Shown here one piece after another: positions 20,476 through 29,444 of a DNA stretch of 64,000 nucleotides. The translations under genes were made by a program, and so were the position numbers. The notes below the pieces were generated by a model. It was not told the origin of the DNA. It ran no database searches and saw only the letters and a program-made list of their open reading frames with translations. Each line of letters begins with the position of its first letter. The stretch's first letter is position 1. The stretch comes from a virus: positions 64,001-128,000 of the IMG/VR virus record IMGVR_UViG_3300044535_002275. One strand, 5' to 3'.

Positions 20476-20865
20476 TTATTTTGTAGTAGAGTCGCTGAAC
20501 ACGTACACACGTATTGGTGTACCTGACTTTGCGGCACGAGCACTTCTATGATGCCCGTCTAATATATAAAGCCTGCGGTCTTTTTTGTACACCACAGGTA
20601 AATCTTCATATTCGTCAAACAAGGCTCCGTCACTACCGTAGTTGCTGAGCCAGTCTTGTGTGGCAAACAACTGAGCAGGATTTACTGTAGCTACTTGTGG
20701 TTCGACGCCGGCTGCTATCTGTGCTTCCACCGCGTTGTGTAATAGGCCTGCATCTAGATAATCATCTGCTTTTTCAAATTCAGCAGTGCTAGGATCCAAA
20801 TATTGACCTATACGTAAATTGGTGCGCCATATATTGGGGTCTTGAGTAATTTCTGTTATTCTCAT
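20476..20865 (-). CDS. ParB/sulfiredoxin-like domain protein
   Basis: PVVY...YILDGHHR motif; late TAAATA motif upstream. Confidence 0.65.
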   Translation of the reverse strand: MRITEITQDPNIWRTNLRIGQYLDPSTAEFEKADDYLDAGLLHNAVEAQIAAGVEPQVATVNPAQLFATQDWLSNYGSDGALFDEYEDLPVVYKKDRRLYILDGHHRSARAAKSGTPIRVYVFSDSTTK

Positions 20866-20884
20866 AGTAGCAATATTTAGTCAC

Positions 20885-20906
20885 AAAGAAGCCCCAAAAG
20901 GGGCTA
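20885..20906 (-). terminator. Intrinsic terminator after pstS
   Basis: AGCCCC-TTTT-GGGGCT followed by TCTTT. Confidence 0.7.
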
Positions 20907-20959
20907 ATTACTGGTTACGAGTTCCAGTGTGTACTCTATCTTGTACCCGGTTTACTTGA

Positions 20960-21970
20960 TTATTTTGCGATCTTGGACCAAACTTTATTACGAATTTGGT
21001 CGGTTAGCGTGTCAGGCAGTGCTACATAGTCCAGCTCTGATGCCAAGGCTTTGCCGTTCTTGAATGCCCAGTCAAAAAACTTGATGACTTCTGCTGAAGC
21101 TTTTGGGTCAGCGGGCTTGGCATACACTAGAATAAAACTGGCACCAGCAATGGGCCAGCTCTTAGCACCTGTGGCATCAATAATGCTTATGCCCATGCCT
21201 GGCTTACTGAACCAATCAGCATCGGCTGCTGCTGCGGCAAAGGATTCTTCGTTGGGATTTACATAGTGTCCATCACGATTCTGCAATTGAAGATGTTTGA
21301 TGTTGTTCTTTTTAGCGTAGGCATATTCTACATAACCAATGGCGCCAGCAACTCGTCTCACATTAGCAGCTACACCTTCGTTGCCTTTACCGCCAACTGA
21401 ACTGGCTGCGGGCCATTTGACAGCATTGCCTTTGCCAATCTTGTCTGCCCAGTCCTTGGATACTGTAGCAAGATAGTCGGTAAAGTGGTAAGTAGTGCCC
21501 GAACCGTCAGCACGATGTACCACGGTGATATTTTGATTGGGCAACTGCTTGCCGGGATTCAGTGCTGCTATCTTGGCATCATTCCATTTGAGGATGTTGC
21601 CTTGATAAATTTCAGCCAACACTGCACCAGTTAGTCGCAGTTCGCCTGGCTTGAATCCATCCAAATTGGCTATTGGCACCACACCGCCTAAGATAGCTGG
21701 GAATTGCAACAAGCCCAGCTTGTCCAAAGTGTCACCTGCTACTGGAGCATCTGACGCACCAAAGTTTACTGTTTTGTTGGTGATTTGACGAACACCACCA
21801 GAACTACCAATACTTTGATAATTGAATCTTACGCCGGTTTCTTTGTTGTAAACTTCTGCCCACTTGGCATAGATGGGATAGGGGAATGTTGCACCAGCAC
21901 CTGTGATTTGTTGTGCTGATACTGCAAAACTTGATACTGCTAATAATAGTACAGCTACTATTTTTTTCAT
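20960..21970 (-). CDS. pstS: Phosphate ABC transporter substrate-binding protein
   Basis: ITGAGATFPYP, YQSIGSSGG, FGASD, HRADGSGTT, GKGNEGV. Confidence 0.96.
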   Translation of the reverse strand: MKKIVAVLLLAVSSFAVSAQQITGAGATFPYPIYAKWAEVYNKETGVRFNYQSIGSSGGVRQITNKTVNFGASDAPVAGDTLDKLGLLQFPAILGGVVPIANLDGFKPGELRLTGAVLAEIYQGNILKWNDAKIAALNPGKQLPNQNITVVHRADGSGTTYHFTDYLATVSKDWADKIGKGNAVKWPAASSVGGKGNEGVAANVRRVAGAIGYVEYAYAKKNNIKHLQLQNRDGHYVNPNEESFAAAAADADWFSKPGMGISIIDATGAKSWPIAGASFILVYAKPADPKASAEVIKFFDWAFKNGKALASELDYVALPDTLTDQIRNKVWSKIAK

Positions 21971-22002
21971 TGTAAATCTCCTTGTGAAAAGTATTTACAA
22001 TA

Positions 22003-22036
22003 ATAGTAGCATATTATTATTACAGTTGCGTGACAA
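22003..22036 (-). promoter_or_regulatory. Pho box promoter of pstS
   Basis: TTGTCAC-GCAA-CTGTAAT (22036-22019), 10 nt upstream of a TACTAT -10; matches PhoB box geometry. Confidence 0.75.
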
Positions 22037-22049
22037 AAGCAGCTTTTGT

Positions 22050-22337
22050 CTATTTTGTTTTTGTAGTGTGACCAGTTCCTAACCCAATTACACAGACCAT
22101 GTCGGTGTTAAATTGTATAAGAGTCCACCCACCAGTTTTTTCGTCCACCAATAAGGCATAACGACTTGAGACACCTGAGCCAATCCAAAAAGGTCGTTCA
22201 GTAGGGTTGGCTTCGATCAAGGCTCGAAATGCAACTTCGGGTGTTTCGCATATAACTTTTTTGTCTACAGTCACAGGTCCCGATTGGGCCAAACTCAGGG
22301 CAGGCAACAGTAGAATACTAGCCAATAAATGTTTCAT
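22050..22337 (-). CDS. Secreted hypothetical protein
   Basis: Signal peptide; late TAAATA motif upstream. Confidence 0.6.
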   Translation of the reverse strand: MKHLLASILLLPALSLAQSGPVTVDKKVICETPEVAFRALIEANPTERPFWIGSGVSSRYALLVDEKTGGWTLIQFNTDMVCVIGLGTGHTTKTK

Positions 22338-22411
22338 AGTATTCTCCGTGTTACTGCTATTTACCCTAAACCACTGTTATCGCACTGCAATTTGCAGCAC
22401 AAAAACGTTGT

Positions 22412-23503
22412 TTATTTTTGTACGATTGTAATTGCAGTGTTACCACCTTGGTTAACTTGTTGTCTAACTTGTACTCCGCCTTGATTTATGTTGATCACAG
22501 CATTGGACTCGGTGCCGACAGTGACTTCGGCAATGTGATCGGTCCTACGATACAAAGTGATCTTGCTTTTGTCATCATTGAAATAGTATCCGATGTTGGT
22601 GGCAGGATTATAATTGGGCAAGATATTTTTTTCAAAGGCACTGCCCAGTGCTGTTTTATTCTGTGCTGATAGTTCGTCTGTTTCGGCCAAGGCCAGGAGA
22701 TCAATGTCTAAATCATTACGATCGATCTCTTTCTTTTCGTCTAGTTCGTTTTTATCCAAGTCCTTGAACGCCAATAAATCCACATCAAGATCGTTTTTAT
22801 CCAACTCAGTCTTGTCCGACCGATACGCAGTTTCTTTAATTTCCACCGGCGGACTTATGATCAACATGTTGTTGATGTTGGCCTGATCGATTGAAATCAC
22901 AGTGGGATTAGATGGAGCAGAGGTCAAACTGTTGACCACAGTGGCTTGATAAGCCACATCCAACAACACACTTCCTGCTTCGTTGGAAACTTCGATAGCA
23001 CCAGTCACACACCCTTTCTTGTCGCAGCTGGGCAATAGCATGACCAAGCTGCGACCCAATTCATCCACCGTCATAGAGAAGTCTGTGCCACGCACTGCTA
23101 CAGTAGCAGTGGGAGTTCGTACGTTGACTGCTTGTGGATTATTTTTAGCAATCTGACCAGACGCATAACGTGCTGTGCCTAGTGCAACTCGCATGGCCAG
23201 CTTGCCTGTTCCTTGCGAAGCGTCGTACACAAAGTCATCTATGACCAGTTTACTTTGCTCAGTTATTTTGACCGTGGTTTTATCTTCGAACGACAAAGTG
23301 ACACGACTCTTGGCAGTGGTCACTGTGTCCTGCATCTCGATTGCGGTGTTGATTGAACTCTCAACACTTTTTTTATTTCTGACAATTTCTGTAGGACCAG
23401 TCTGTTCAGTGACTCGCCCCACAGGAGCTGCAAAATTAGTTGGACTGATTGACAGTAATAGAGTTACTGTTACCAGTTGAAGTAATAGTTGCTTGTTGTA
23501 CAT
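22412..23503 (-). CDS. FecR-domain protein
   Basis: VRTPTATVAVRGTDF and GAIEVSN FecR motifs; curlin-like C-terminal tail. Confidence 0.85.
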   Translation of the reverse strand: MYNKQLLLQLVTVTLLLSISPTNFAAPVGRVTEQTGPTEIVRNKKSVESSINTAIEMQDTVTTAKSRVTLSFEDKTTVKITEQSKLVIDDFVYDASQGTGKLAMRVALGTARYASGQIAKNNPQAVNVRTPTATVAVRGTDFSMTVDELGRSLVMLLPSCDKKGCVTGAIEVSNEAGSVLLDVAYQATVVNSLTSAPSNPTVISIDQANINNMLIISPPVEIKETAYRSDKTELDKNDLDVDLLAFKDLDKNELDEKKEIDRNDLDIDLLALAETDELSAQNKTALGSAFEKNILPNYNPATNIGYYFNDDKSKITLYRRTDHIAEVTVGTESNAVININQGGVQVRQQVNQGGNTAITIVQK

Positions 23504-24047
23504 TGGTTCCGCCTTGTGTCAAGCTGATGGTATTGCCACTTAACGCTACTCCGCCAGTGACTGTTATGATTGCTGAGTGCGCACCAGAACCTGACGTGGT
23601 ATGTGTCACTGTGTTCTCATCACCGGTGATCAAGATCTCACTGTACTGAGTAGCAGATGCAACCAAGTTTTGTGTCACTGTGTTGTTGTCACCAGTGACT
23701 TGTTGCTTGATGAAACTGCTGCCGCATGTGGCACTGTTGGCAGTACCGCAATTGATCACCTGTGTGTTGTTGCTGCCGTTGGTGGTCACAGTTGCAGTAA
23801 TTGCAGCGCCGTTGATGATCATGTCCAAGGCATTCGAGCTACCAATTTGATCAATGGTTACTATATTGGCATCGCCTTTGATTATGGAAGGTGTGCCGTC
23901 AGCGCCTATCCTGTTGCTGTTGCCATCCTGTAGTATGGTGATAGCAGCACCATCACCTACCTGTTCTATATAAACATCATTTGCTTGAGCTGTAGGCACC
24001 CAAGCCAGGGCAGCGATTACTGCCATTATTCCAAAACGTTTAAGCAT
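23436..24047 (-). CDS. Curlin-repeat protein (CsgA/CsgB-like)
   Basis: Signal peptide; repeated I-x-Q-x-G-x-x-N units rich in N/Q/G/T. Confidence 0.75.
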   Translation of the reverse strand: MLKRFGIMAVIAALAWVPTAQANDVYIEQVGDGAAITILQDGNSNRIGADGTPSIIKGDANIVTIDQIGSSNALDMIINGAAITATVTTNGSNNTQVINCGTANSATCGSSFIKQQVTGDNNTVTQNLVASATQYSEILITGDENTVTHTTSGSGAHSAIITVTGGVALSGNTISLTQGGTNVQQATITSTGNSNSITVNQSN

Positions 24048-24066
24048 TTTTTGCTCCTTTTTATTA

Positions 24067-24837
24067 TTATTTTTTGAACCGCCATAAACCTGAACGTTCT
24101 CCGCTCATGATCATTTCATACACAGCCTGCTCAATTGCCACACGTACTGCATAAGTTGTGGGCTCATTCAAGGTTGCACCGTTTTCTAATTCTATGCTTT
24201 TAGTAGCAGAGTCAAAGAATTTAAGTGCGCCCAGAGTATGAGCTGTACTGTATATTGTTTTGGAGATACTGTTGCTGATCAACACTTCTCCTGAGTTGAC
24301 TGATATCAGTCTAATGCTGACTACCACTTCGTCAACTCGATACTGTTGGCTTCCGCCGATGCCTAGTATTCTAGCACCGCTTCCGCCTGTTCTGATGTTG
24401 CTGTCATAACCAATGATGCCACCTTCTATTATGAGTCCAGCCACTATCATGGGCTTGAGAGGTTTGGCATCCTTGCCTTCGTAAATTTCTCGCTGATTAC
24501 GTATCAGCTGACGTTCCTTGATCAAGTTGTCCAGGCCCACACGCTCGACCACACGGAACCAACCCGGCACATCCTTTAGGCTCTTGATCAAGAACACTTC
24601 AGCCCCTTGTGTCACTGCTTTGCTGAACACAGCCAACTTATCGTTGGGTTTCAGCTGTCCTGTCTTGTCAGCAAATCCGTACACTGCCACAGTGACAACA
24701 GGACCATCGAGAGGAGGAATCTTTTCAATGAGATTCACTCGTGGTTTGATCTCCACGGGTTCCTCGCGAGCTGCGCTCATGTGAATCTGAGCACACCCGC
24801 CGACTAAAGCAAGTAGTAAAACGGCTAGGATACGCAT
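24067..24837 (-). CDS. csgG: Curli secretion pore lipoprotein
   Basis: Lipobox VGGC; FADKTGQ, FSKAVTQGA, VVERVGLDNLIKERQLIR, GGIIGYDSN. Confidence 0.9.
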   Translation of the reverse strand: MRILAVLLLALVGGCAQIHMSAAREEPVEIKPRVNLIEKIPPLDGPVVTVAVYGFADKTGQLKPNDKLAVFSKAVTQGAEVFLIKSLKDVPGWFRVVERVGLDNLIKERQLIRNQREIYEGKDAKPLKPMIVAGLIIEGGIIGYDSNIRTGGSGARILGIGGSQQYRVDEVVVSIRLISVNSGEVLISNSISKTIYSTAHTLGALKFFDSATKSIELENGATLNEPTTYAVRVAIEQAVYEMIMSGERSGLWRFKK

Positions 24838-24838
24838 G

Positions 24839-25288
24839 TTAAAACGCAAAGCTCGCTATTGGTACAACAACTTCAGTTCTATTACCTGTGGTATCTAGTA
24901 TGGTTAGAGTCACCGTGCTGCCATTCTTGAGCCACGTGATGCTGCTGCCTTGAAAGTCCAAGGTGCCGGTGTTCTTGTCTGACTCACCGAACATGTTGTC
25001 GGCCAACTGTTTGCTCAACTGCGCATAGATTCTTGATTCCAAGTTTACAATAAACTTGGCCAAGGTGGTGTTCTTGGCATCACGCTCGGCCTTGTCTCGG
25101 GCTGCTTGTTCAGCATCGTTAATTTTTTGTCGACGTTGTGTTTCTAATTGTTCTATGGTCAACACATGTGCCGAATAGCCCTGGCCACTAAAGGCAGGGC
25201 TAGAAAATTGGTGCACCAATTCGCTGGCCTGTGTACTGCCGCCTACGACCGATAGTGCCAGCATGATTGCTGTCAACCCGGTTCTCAT
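24839..25288 (-). CDS. csgF: Curli assembly component CsgF-like
   Basis: Mature N-terminus ELVHQFSSPAFSG like the CsgF F-x-N-P-x-F-G-G peptide; directly upstream of csgG. Confidence 0.8.
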   Translation of the reverse strand: MRTGLTAIMLALSVVGGSTQASELVHQFSSPAFSGQGYSAHVLTIEQLETQRRQKINDAEQAARDKAERDAKNTTLAKFIVNLESRIYAQLSKQLADNMFGESDKNTGTLDFQGSSITWLKNGSTVTLTILDTTGNRTEVVVPIASFAF

Positions 25289-25360
25289 TGTAAACGCTCC
25301 TGTTATTTTTTACCTGCTTTATATTTAATCATACCGCGAAATTAGTTATGTACACACAAA

Positions 25361-25389
25361 GAAAAATCCTGCCGAGGCAGGATTTTCTT
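25361..25389 (-). terminator. Intrinsic terminator
   Basis: AAAATCCTGC/GCAGGATTTT inverted repeat. Confidence 0.75.
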
Positions 25390-25409
25390 GTACGCTAAAG
25401 AGTGTACGC

Positions 25410-25958
25410 TTACTTGATTGCAGTGATGACCACTCGTCGGTCGGGTGCCAGGCATGACTTGAGGCGTTCAAAGTTTTTCATTCCAGTACAAAGTTTTGTA
25501 CCTTCGGTTGGTTGTGTTGCTCCAACTCCTTGAGTGACAAACTTGCTCTTGAATCCCGACTTGGCATTCAGATAATCGCCTACCGCACCTGCACGTTGCT
25601 GACTCAATCGAAGATTGTAAGCAGCAGTGCCAATACGATCAGTGTGACCAACCACGGTCACTGTAGAACCTGGAGCAATGGTTGCAGCCAACTGATCCAG
25701 TGCTGCACGACCTACTGATGTAAGTGCTGCTGAATCAAATTCAAACAACACATCACCATTGATAGTGACAGGCGCACGTTCTGCAACAGGATCACATGCC
25801 TTGACTGCGTCAGCAGCGGTATAAGTTCCGGTATGCAAGCAAAGGCCTGAACCTGTACGAACAATCTGACCTGATCCATCTGTTACATATCCTGGAGTGC
25901 CTTGAGCAATGGCCAGGAATGCAACAGCGGATAACATGACGGCTAATAATGCTTTCAT
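25410..25958 (-). CDS. OmpA-family peptidoglycan-binding protein
   Basis: VLFEFDSA, GHTDRIG, YNLRLSQQRA, CLAPDRRV. Confidence 0.9.
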   Translation of the reverse strand: MKALLAVMLSAVAFLAIAQGTPGYVTDGSGQIVRTGSGLCLHTGTYTAADAVKACDPVAERAPVTINGDVLFEFDSAALTSVGRAALDQLAATIAPGSTVTVVGHTDRIGTAAYNLRLSQQRAGAVGDYLNAKSGFKSKFVTQGVGATQPTEGTKLCTGMKNFERLKSCLAPDRRVVITAIK

Positions 25959-25972
25959 TGTTATCCTTTAGA

Positions 25973-27145
25973 TTAGAACTGGTGACGCAAGCCAACACCG
26001 ACCACAGTGCTCTTGGCAGTGTCAACAGTGGCCAGGTTATCCATGTAACTCACGTAAGCATACGCATTGGTGCGCTTGGTGAAATCATATGTATAGCCCA
26101 GGTTGTAAGCTGACTGATTCTGTGCATTGTAAACATCTTTCATGTTGGTGTTGGGAGTCAACAAGGTCCAGCTGACCATAACACGGCTTGCGGCATTGAC
26201 GGGGACAGTAGCACCCAGCAGGTAGCTGTTGTAACCCATGTTCTGATCAAAGATCACTTCGCCATTGGCATTGGCCGGATTACCGTTTAAATTAATACCA
26301 GCACCTGTAGCGCCATTGCCCTGACCCAGGATGTAACCACCGCGTGTTTGGCCGTACGCTGCTGACAATTTGGCAACCTTAAGATCATACGCTCCGCCCA
26401 GGTTCCATGAACTGGGATTGCTGGCACTGATAGAACTGGTAGGTGCATAAATCTTGTCATATGACAAGGCAGTATAAACTGGACCATTGGTGTAGTTGGC
26501 ACCTAATGACAACTGACGCACGTTGTTGTTGGTTTCAAAGTTGTAGCCAGTAGAACCTACTCTTGAAACTCTTGCAGCAGCACCATCAATAGCTGTGTTG
26601 CTCATGCCATTGGCAAATGAGTAAGCAGCACCTGCACGGAATCCTGACATCAAAGGTGACTGGTACTTGATGGCATTGCTCATACGCAAAGTATTAGCTG
26701 CACCAAATGCTGCACCAATGTTGGCTTGTCCGAAGCCTTGACTAAACGGATCAATTGCGCCGAAATAGTCAGAGGCTAAGTTGTATTGACGGCCGATACG
26801 AGCCAAGCCCCAGGCGTTGTTTTCCACACCCAGATAAGCCTGACGACCAAACAGCCGGTTGGATTGACCACTAGTGCCATTTCCTAATTCAAATCCGCTT
26901 TCTAAAACAAAAGTAACGCGGTTACCGTTGCCAATGTCTTCAACACCACGCAGACCAAAACGGTTGCCACTTTGTACGCCATATGCAGCACCAAAGTTTG
27001 ATGCAGACGCATCTTGCAAACTCACTGTTTGATAACGAATTCCAGCATCTAGAATACCGTACAGTGTAACAGATGATTGAGCTGTAGCTGCAAAGCTCAG
27101 GCCCATTGCGGCCGTTAGTACTGCTAGTTTATGAGTAACTTTCAT
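25973..27145 (-). CDS. Betaproteobacterial-type general porin
   Basis: QSSVTLYGILDAG, NRFGLRGVEDIG, FGRQAYLG, C-terminal VGLRHQF. Confidence 0.93.
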   Translation of the reverse strand: MKVTHKLAVLTAAMGLSFAATAQSSVTLYGILDAGIRYQTVSLQDASASNFGAAYGVQSGNRFGLRGVEDIGNGNRVTFVLESGFELGNGTSGQSNRLFGRQAYLGVENNAWGLARIGRQYNLASDYFGAIDPFSQGFGQANIGAAFGAANTLRMSNAIKYQSPLMSGFRAGAAYSFANGMSNTAIDGAAARVSRVGSTGYNFETNNNVRQLSLGANYTNGPVYTALSYDKIYAPTSSISASNPSSWNLGGAYDLKVAKLSAAYGQTRGGYILGQGNGATGAGINLNGNPANANGEVIFDQNMGYNSYLLGATVPVNAASRVMVSWTLLTPNTNMKDVYNAQNQSAYNLGYTYDFTKRTNAYAYVSYMDNLATVDTAKSTVVGVGLRHQF

Positions 27146-27241
27146 TACTTCTCCTTTAAAGTTTTAAAAAATGTGTATATATTTTATAGACAAGTAATTA
27201 TATAGCGAATTGTGCAACGTGTCAAACATTTCGAACACATA

Positions 27242-27268
27242 AAGAAAAAAGCCCACCGAAGTGGGCTT
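27242..27268 (-). terminator. Intrinsic terminator after HNH gene
   Basis: AGCCCAC-TTCG-GTGGGCT followed by T tract. Confidence 0.85.
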
Positions 27269-27287
27269 GGTGATTTCTGTTACGAGG

Positions 27288-27683
27288 TCAGATCGAATAC
27301 GTATTGCCTTTGCTCATATTTTCCTTAGCTGGCAAATATTGCAGATTTTCTAAGACATGGAATCCGCTTACTAATTTTCCTCTTAGCGGGATTATATGGT
27401 CGACATGGTATCCTTCGGGACAATTTAGATAGAAGTTTTTAATCGCTTGCTTATCTGCCCAAGCCGGCATTCTTTGCAATCTAACTGCTCGTTCAGTTGC
27501 ACTTTTTAATCTAACTTTATCTCTATTATTTTTTTGCCACCGTCTGTATCGTTCTGACTGAGTTTTGGCATTAGACCGACGTTGAGCTTCTTGTTTACCG
27601 GGCTTGTTTAAATATTTTTGTTGGTAAGCTTTAAAACGTTCTTTTCGTTCTTCTTCGGTTTCTATTATTTTTTTGCGTCCCAT
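27288..27683 (-). CDS. HNH endonuclease (likely homing type)
   Basis: YHVDHIIPL...FHVLENLQYL...ENMSKGN; own GATAAATA late promoter, start MGRKK. Confidence 0.88.
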   Translation of the reverse strand: MGRKKIIETEEERKERFKAYQQKYLNKPGKQEAQRRSNAKTQSERYRRWQKNNRDKVRLKSATERAVRLQRMPAWADKQAIKNFYLNCPEGYHVDHIIPLRGKLVSGFHVLENLQYLPAKENMSKGNTYSI

Positions 27684-27706
27684 GATATTATTTATCATCG
27701 TTTGCT

Positions 27707-27732
27707 AAAAGAAAAGCCCGCCGAAGCGGGCT
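27707..27732 (-). terminator. Intrinsic terminator after tmRNA coding piece
   Basis: AGCCCGC-TTCG-GCGGGCT followed by TTTCTTT. Confidence 0.85.
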
Positions 27733-28045
27733 ACTATTTTCTGTTTCGAAGGATAGTTCCTCAATAACGGCTTAAGCGGCCGCTAAAAATAACTCATCAT
27801 TAGCTGCGGTTATTTGGTTGTTTACTTTTAACGACTATCTGTGTCGAGTTGTCCATGCCGTTACTTGTTGCCCAATCGAAACCTGGTCAGCCCCATCAGA
27901 AGCATACTATGGTGAAATAGACTTACAATGTAGAGGTCTTGGCTTACCATTCCTGATCTTTTTACAGATTTTAATATGCTTATGGTGGAGCTGGAGGGAA
28001 TCGAACCCTCGTCTTGAACACTTTTCTCTTTACTTCATACAACAA
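27733..28045 (-). ncRNA. ssrA: Circularly permuted (two-piece) tmRNA; tag AANDELFLAAA
   Basis: Acceptor piece (about 28045-27983, T-arm GAGGG-TTCGATT-CCCTC, CAGCTCC-A-CCA) precedes coding piece (5' GGGGCTG at 27894); G3-U70 pair; AAATAACC resume context; tag ORF 27807-27772. Confidence 0.92.
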
Positions 28046-28054
28046 TTCTTAAAA

Positions 28055-28213
28055 TCAATCCGGCTGTTTACGAGCATTGAGTTTATCAGATGCATAGGTA
28101 ACCAGCACCCATGGTAGTACAGCATGAATTACTAATGCACCTGCTATCTTTAACGCAAAAAATAAATGCTTGAAATATCCCACGTTGTTTTCTTTCAGAT
28201 GATCAATCACCAC
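28055..28213 (-). CDS. Small membrane protein (HLKENNVGYFKH...IHAVLPW), DUF6356-like
   Basis: 52-aa ORF read manually; below the track size cutoff. Confidence 0.5.
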   Translation of the reverse strand: MVIDHLKENNVGYFKHLFFALKIAGALVIHAVLPWVLVTYASDKLNARKQPD

Positions 28214-28268
28214 TGTACCCCTGTGTTTATACAATATTATACCCGTCTTTTTCGGGTATAATATTTAG

Positions 28269-28511
28269 TTAAGCATCAGAGTCCTGCGGCGGACGTTCCT
28301 TGCGATCCAATGTGCGTGGCTTTAACAAGTAATCACGCCCGATCAAGCCTGCTTCGATTTCTCGTAGTGCAGTAACTGGCAGATCATTGTTGCATTGAAC
28401 CCTGGGTAACCACCCGCGTTTAAGTTCTCTGACTCTACGCGAAGCAATTAACACCAGGTCGTATTTGTTGCCCACTGCTAAGGCAGCAGCGTCACTGGTA
28501 ATTCTGGCCAT
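28269..28511 (-). CDS. rpoZ: RNA polymerase omega subunit
   Basis: MARIT...NKYDLVLIASRRVREL...VTALREIEAG. Confidence 0.9.
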   Translation of the reverse strand: MARITSDAAALAVGNKYDLVLIASRRVRELKRGWLPRVQCNNDLPVTALREIEAGLIGRDYLLKPRTLDRKERPPQDSDA

Positions 28512-28565
28512 TTTATTTCCTTAAGAAAGTTTAAGTACAAATTATACAACAATATCAAAAATTTG

Positions 28566-29444
28566 TCAATTCCAGTTAGGATCAAACAATACTTGCCCGT
28601 CTGTATTGATATCAAATCCCTTAACTGTGTAGTTGTTAGCTTGTTCTTCGTACCCGGCATAACCGCGAGGATTGCACAGCACAGTAGTTTCTCCAATTTG
28701 ATATCGGAAATCATCATGTGTGTGACCATGTGTCCAAACTCTAATTTCGGGATGGTCCAGCATGAACTCGCTGAGATCACTAGAGTAACCACCGTTCATT
28801 AAATGGTCATCGGCATACTTGGGTTTGATACTGAGCTTGCTGGGTGCATGATGAGTAACCACAACTACCGGTCTAGGATCAGGTCTAGCACGATTGTTTT
28901 CTAACGCAATGCGAAAAAAAGTCAAGGTATCCTTGTGGTGACGATACGCAATTTCTGGCTGGAAACGATAGTAATCGTTGTTGTCATTTTGATAACGAAT
29001 GATCCTAAAATCGTTCATGCAGCTTTTGAGATGAAACATGGTGAGATCATCACCACCGTTCATGTCAGTCCACAAAGTAGCACCCAAAAACAACACACCG
29101 TCCAGCTCGATACTTTCTTTTTCCAGCAAGTACACGTTGGTGGGCAACTGGCTTTTGATGTGATCGTAGGTTTTGTTAAATGTAAAACTGTAGTGTTCGT
29201 GGTTGCCCATGACCCAGATCACATGGCGATATTTTTGACTACATTCTTCCAGTAAAAATCGATAGTAGCGATCAGGCCGTTTAGCAGCCGATTCAAAAGG
29301 TAATGTAACCTGCTCAGGGTTGTAGTCTTTTTCGCTGAGATTTTTGGCTTCAAATACATCACCAGACAGAATCAAGACATCACCCCCGGGCAAGGTCAAG
29401 TCACTAAATTCCAAATGAAGGTCACTAACTAGGTCCACGTGCAT
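28566..29444 (-). CDS. Metallophosphoesterase
   Basis: SDLHLEF, LSGD, GNHEHY, THHAP, HGHTH. Confidence 0.9.
   Translation of the reverse strand: MHVDLVSDLHLEFSDLTLPGGDVLILSGDVFEAKNLSEKDYNPEQVTLPFESAAKRPDRYYRFLLEECSQKYRHVIWVMGNHEHYSFTFNKTYDHIKSQLPTNVYLLEKESIELDGVLFLGATLWTDMNGGDDLTMFHLKSCMNDFRIIRYQNDNNDYYRFQPEIAYRHHKDTLTFFRIALENNRARPDPRPVVVVTHHAPSKLSIKPKYADDHLMNGGYSSDLSEFMLDHPEIRVWTHGHTHDDFRYQIGETTVLCNPRGYAGYEEQANNYTVKGFDINTDGQVLFDPNWN

Noticed and set aside
27270-27295. CCTCGT as an HDV/theta ribozyme L3 loop
   Set aside because: No nested P1/P2/P3 double pseudoknot could be built; better explained as a displaced tmRNA end
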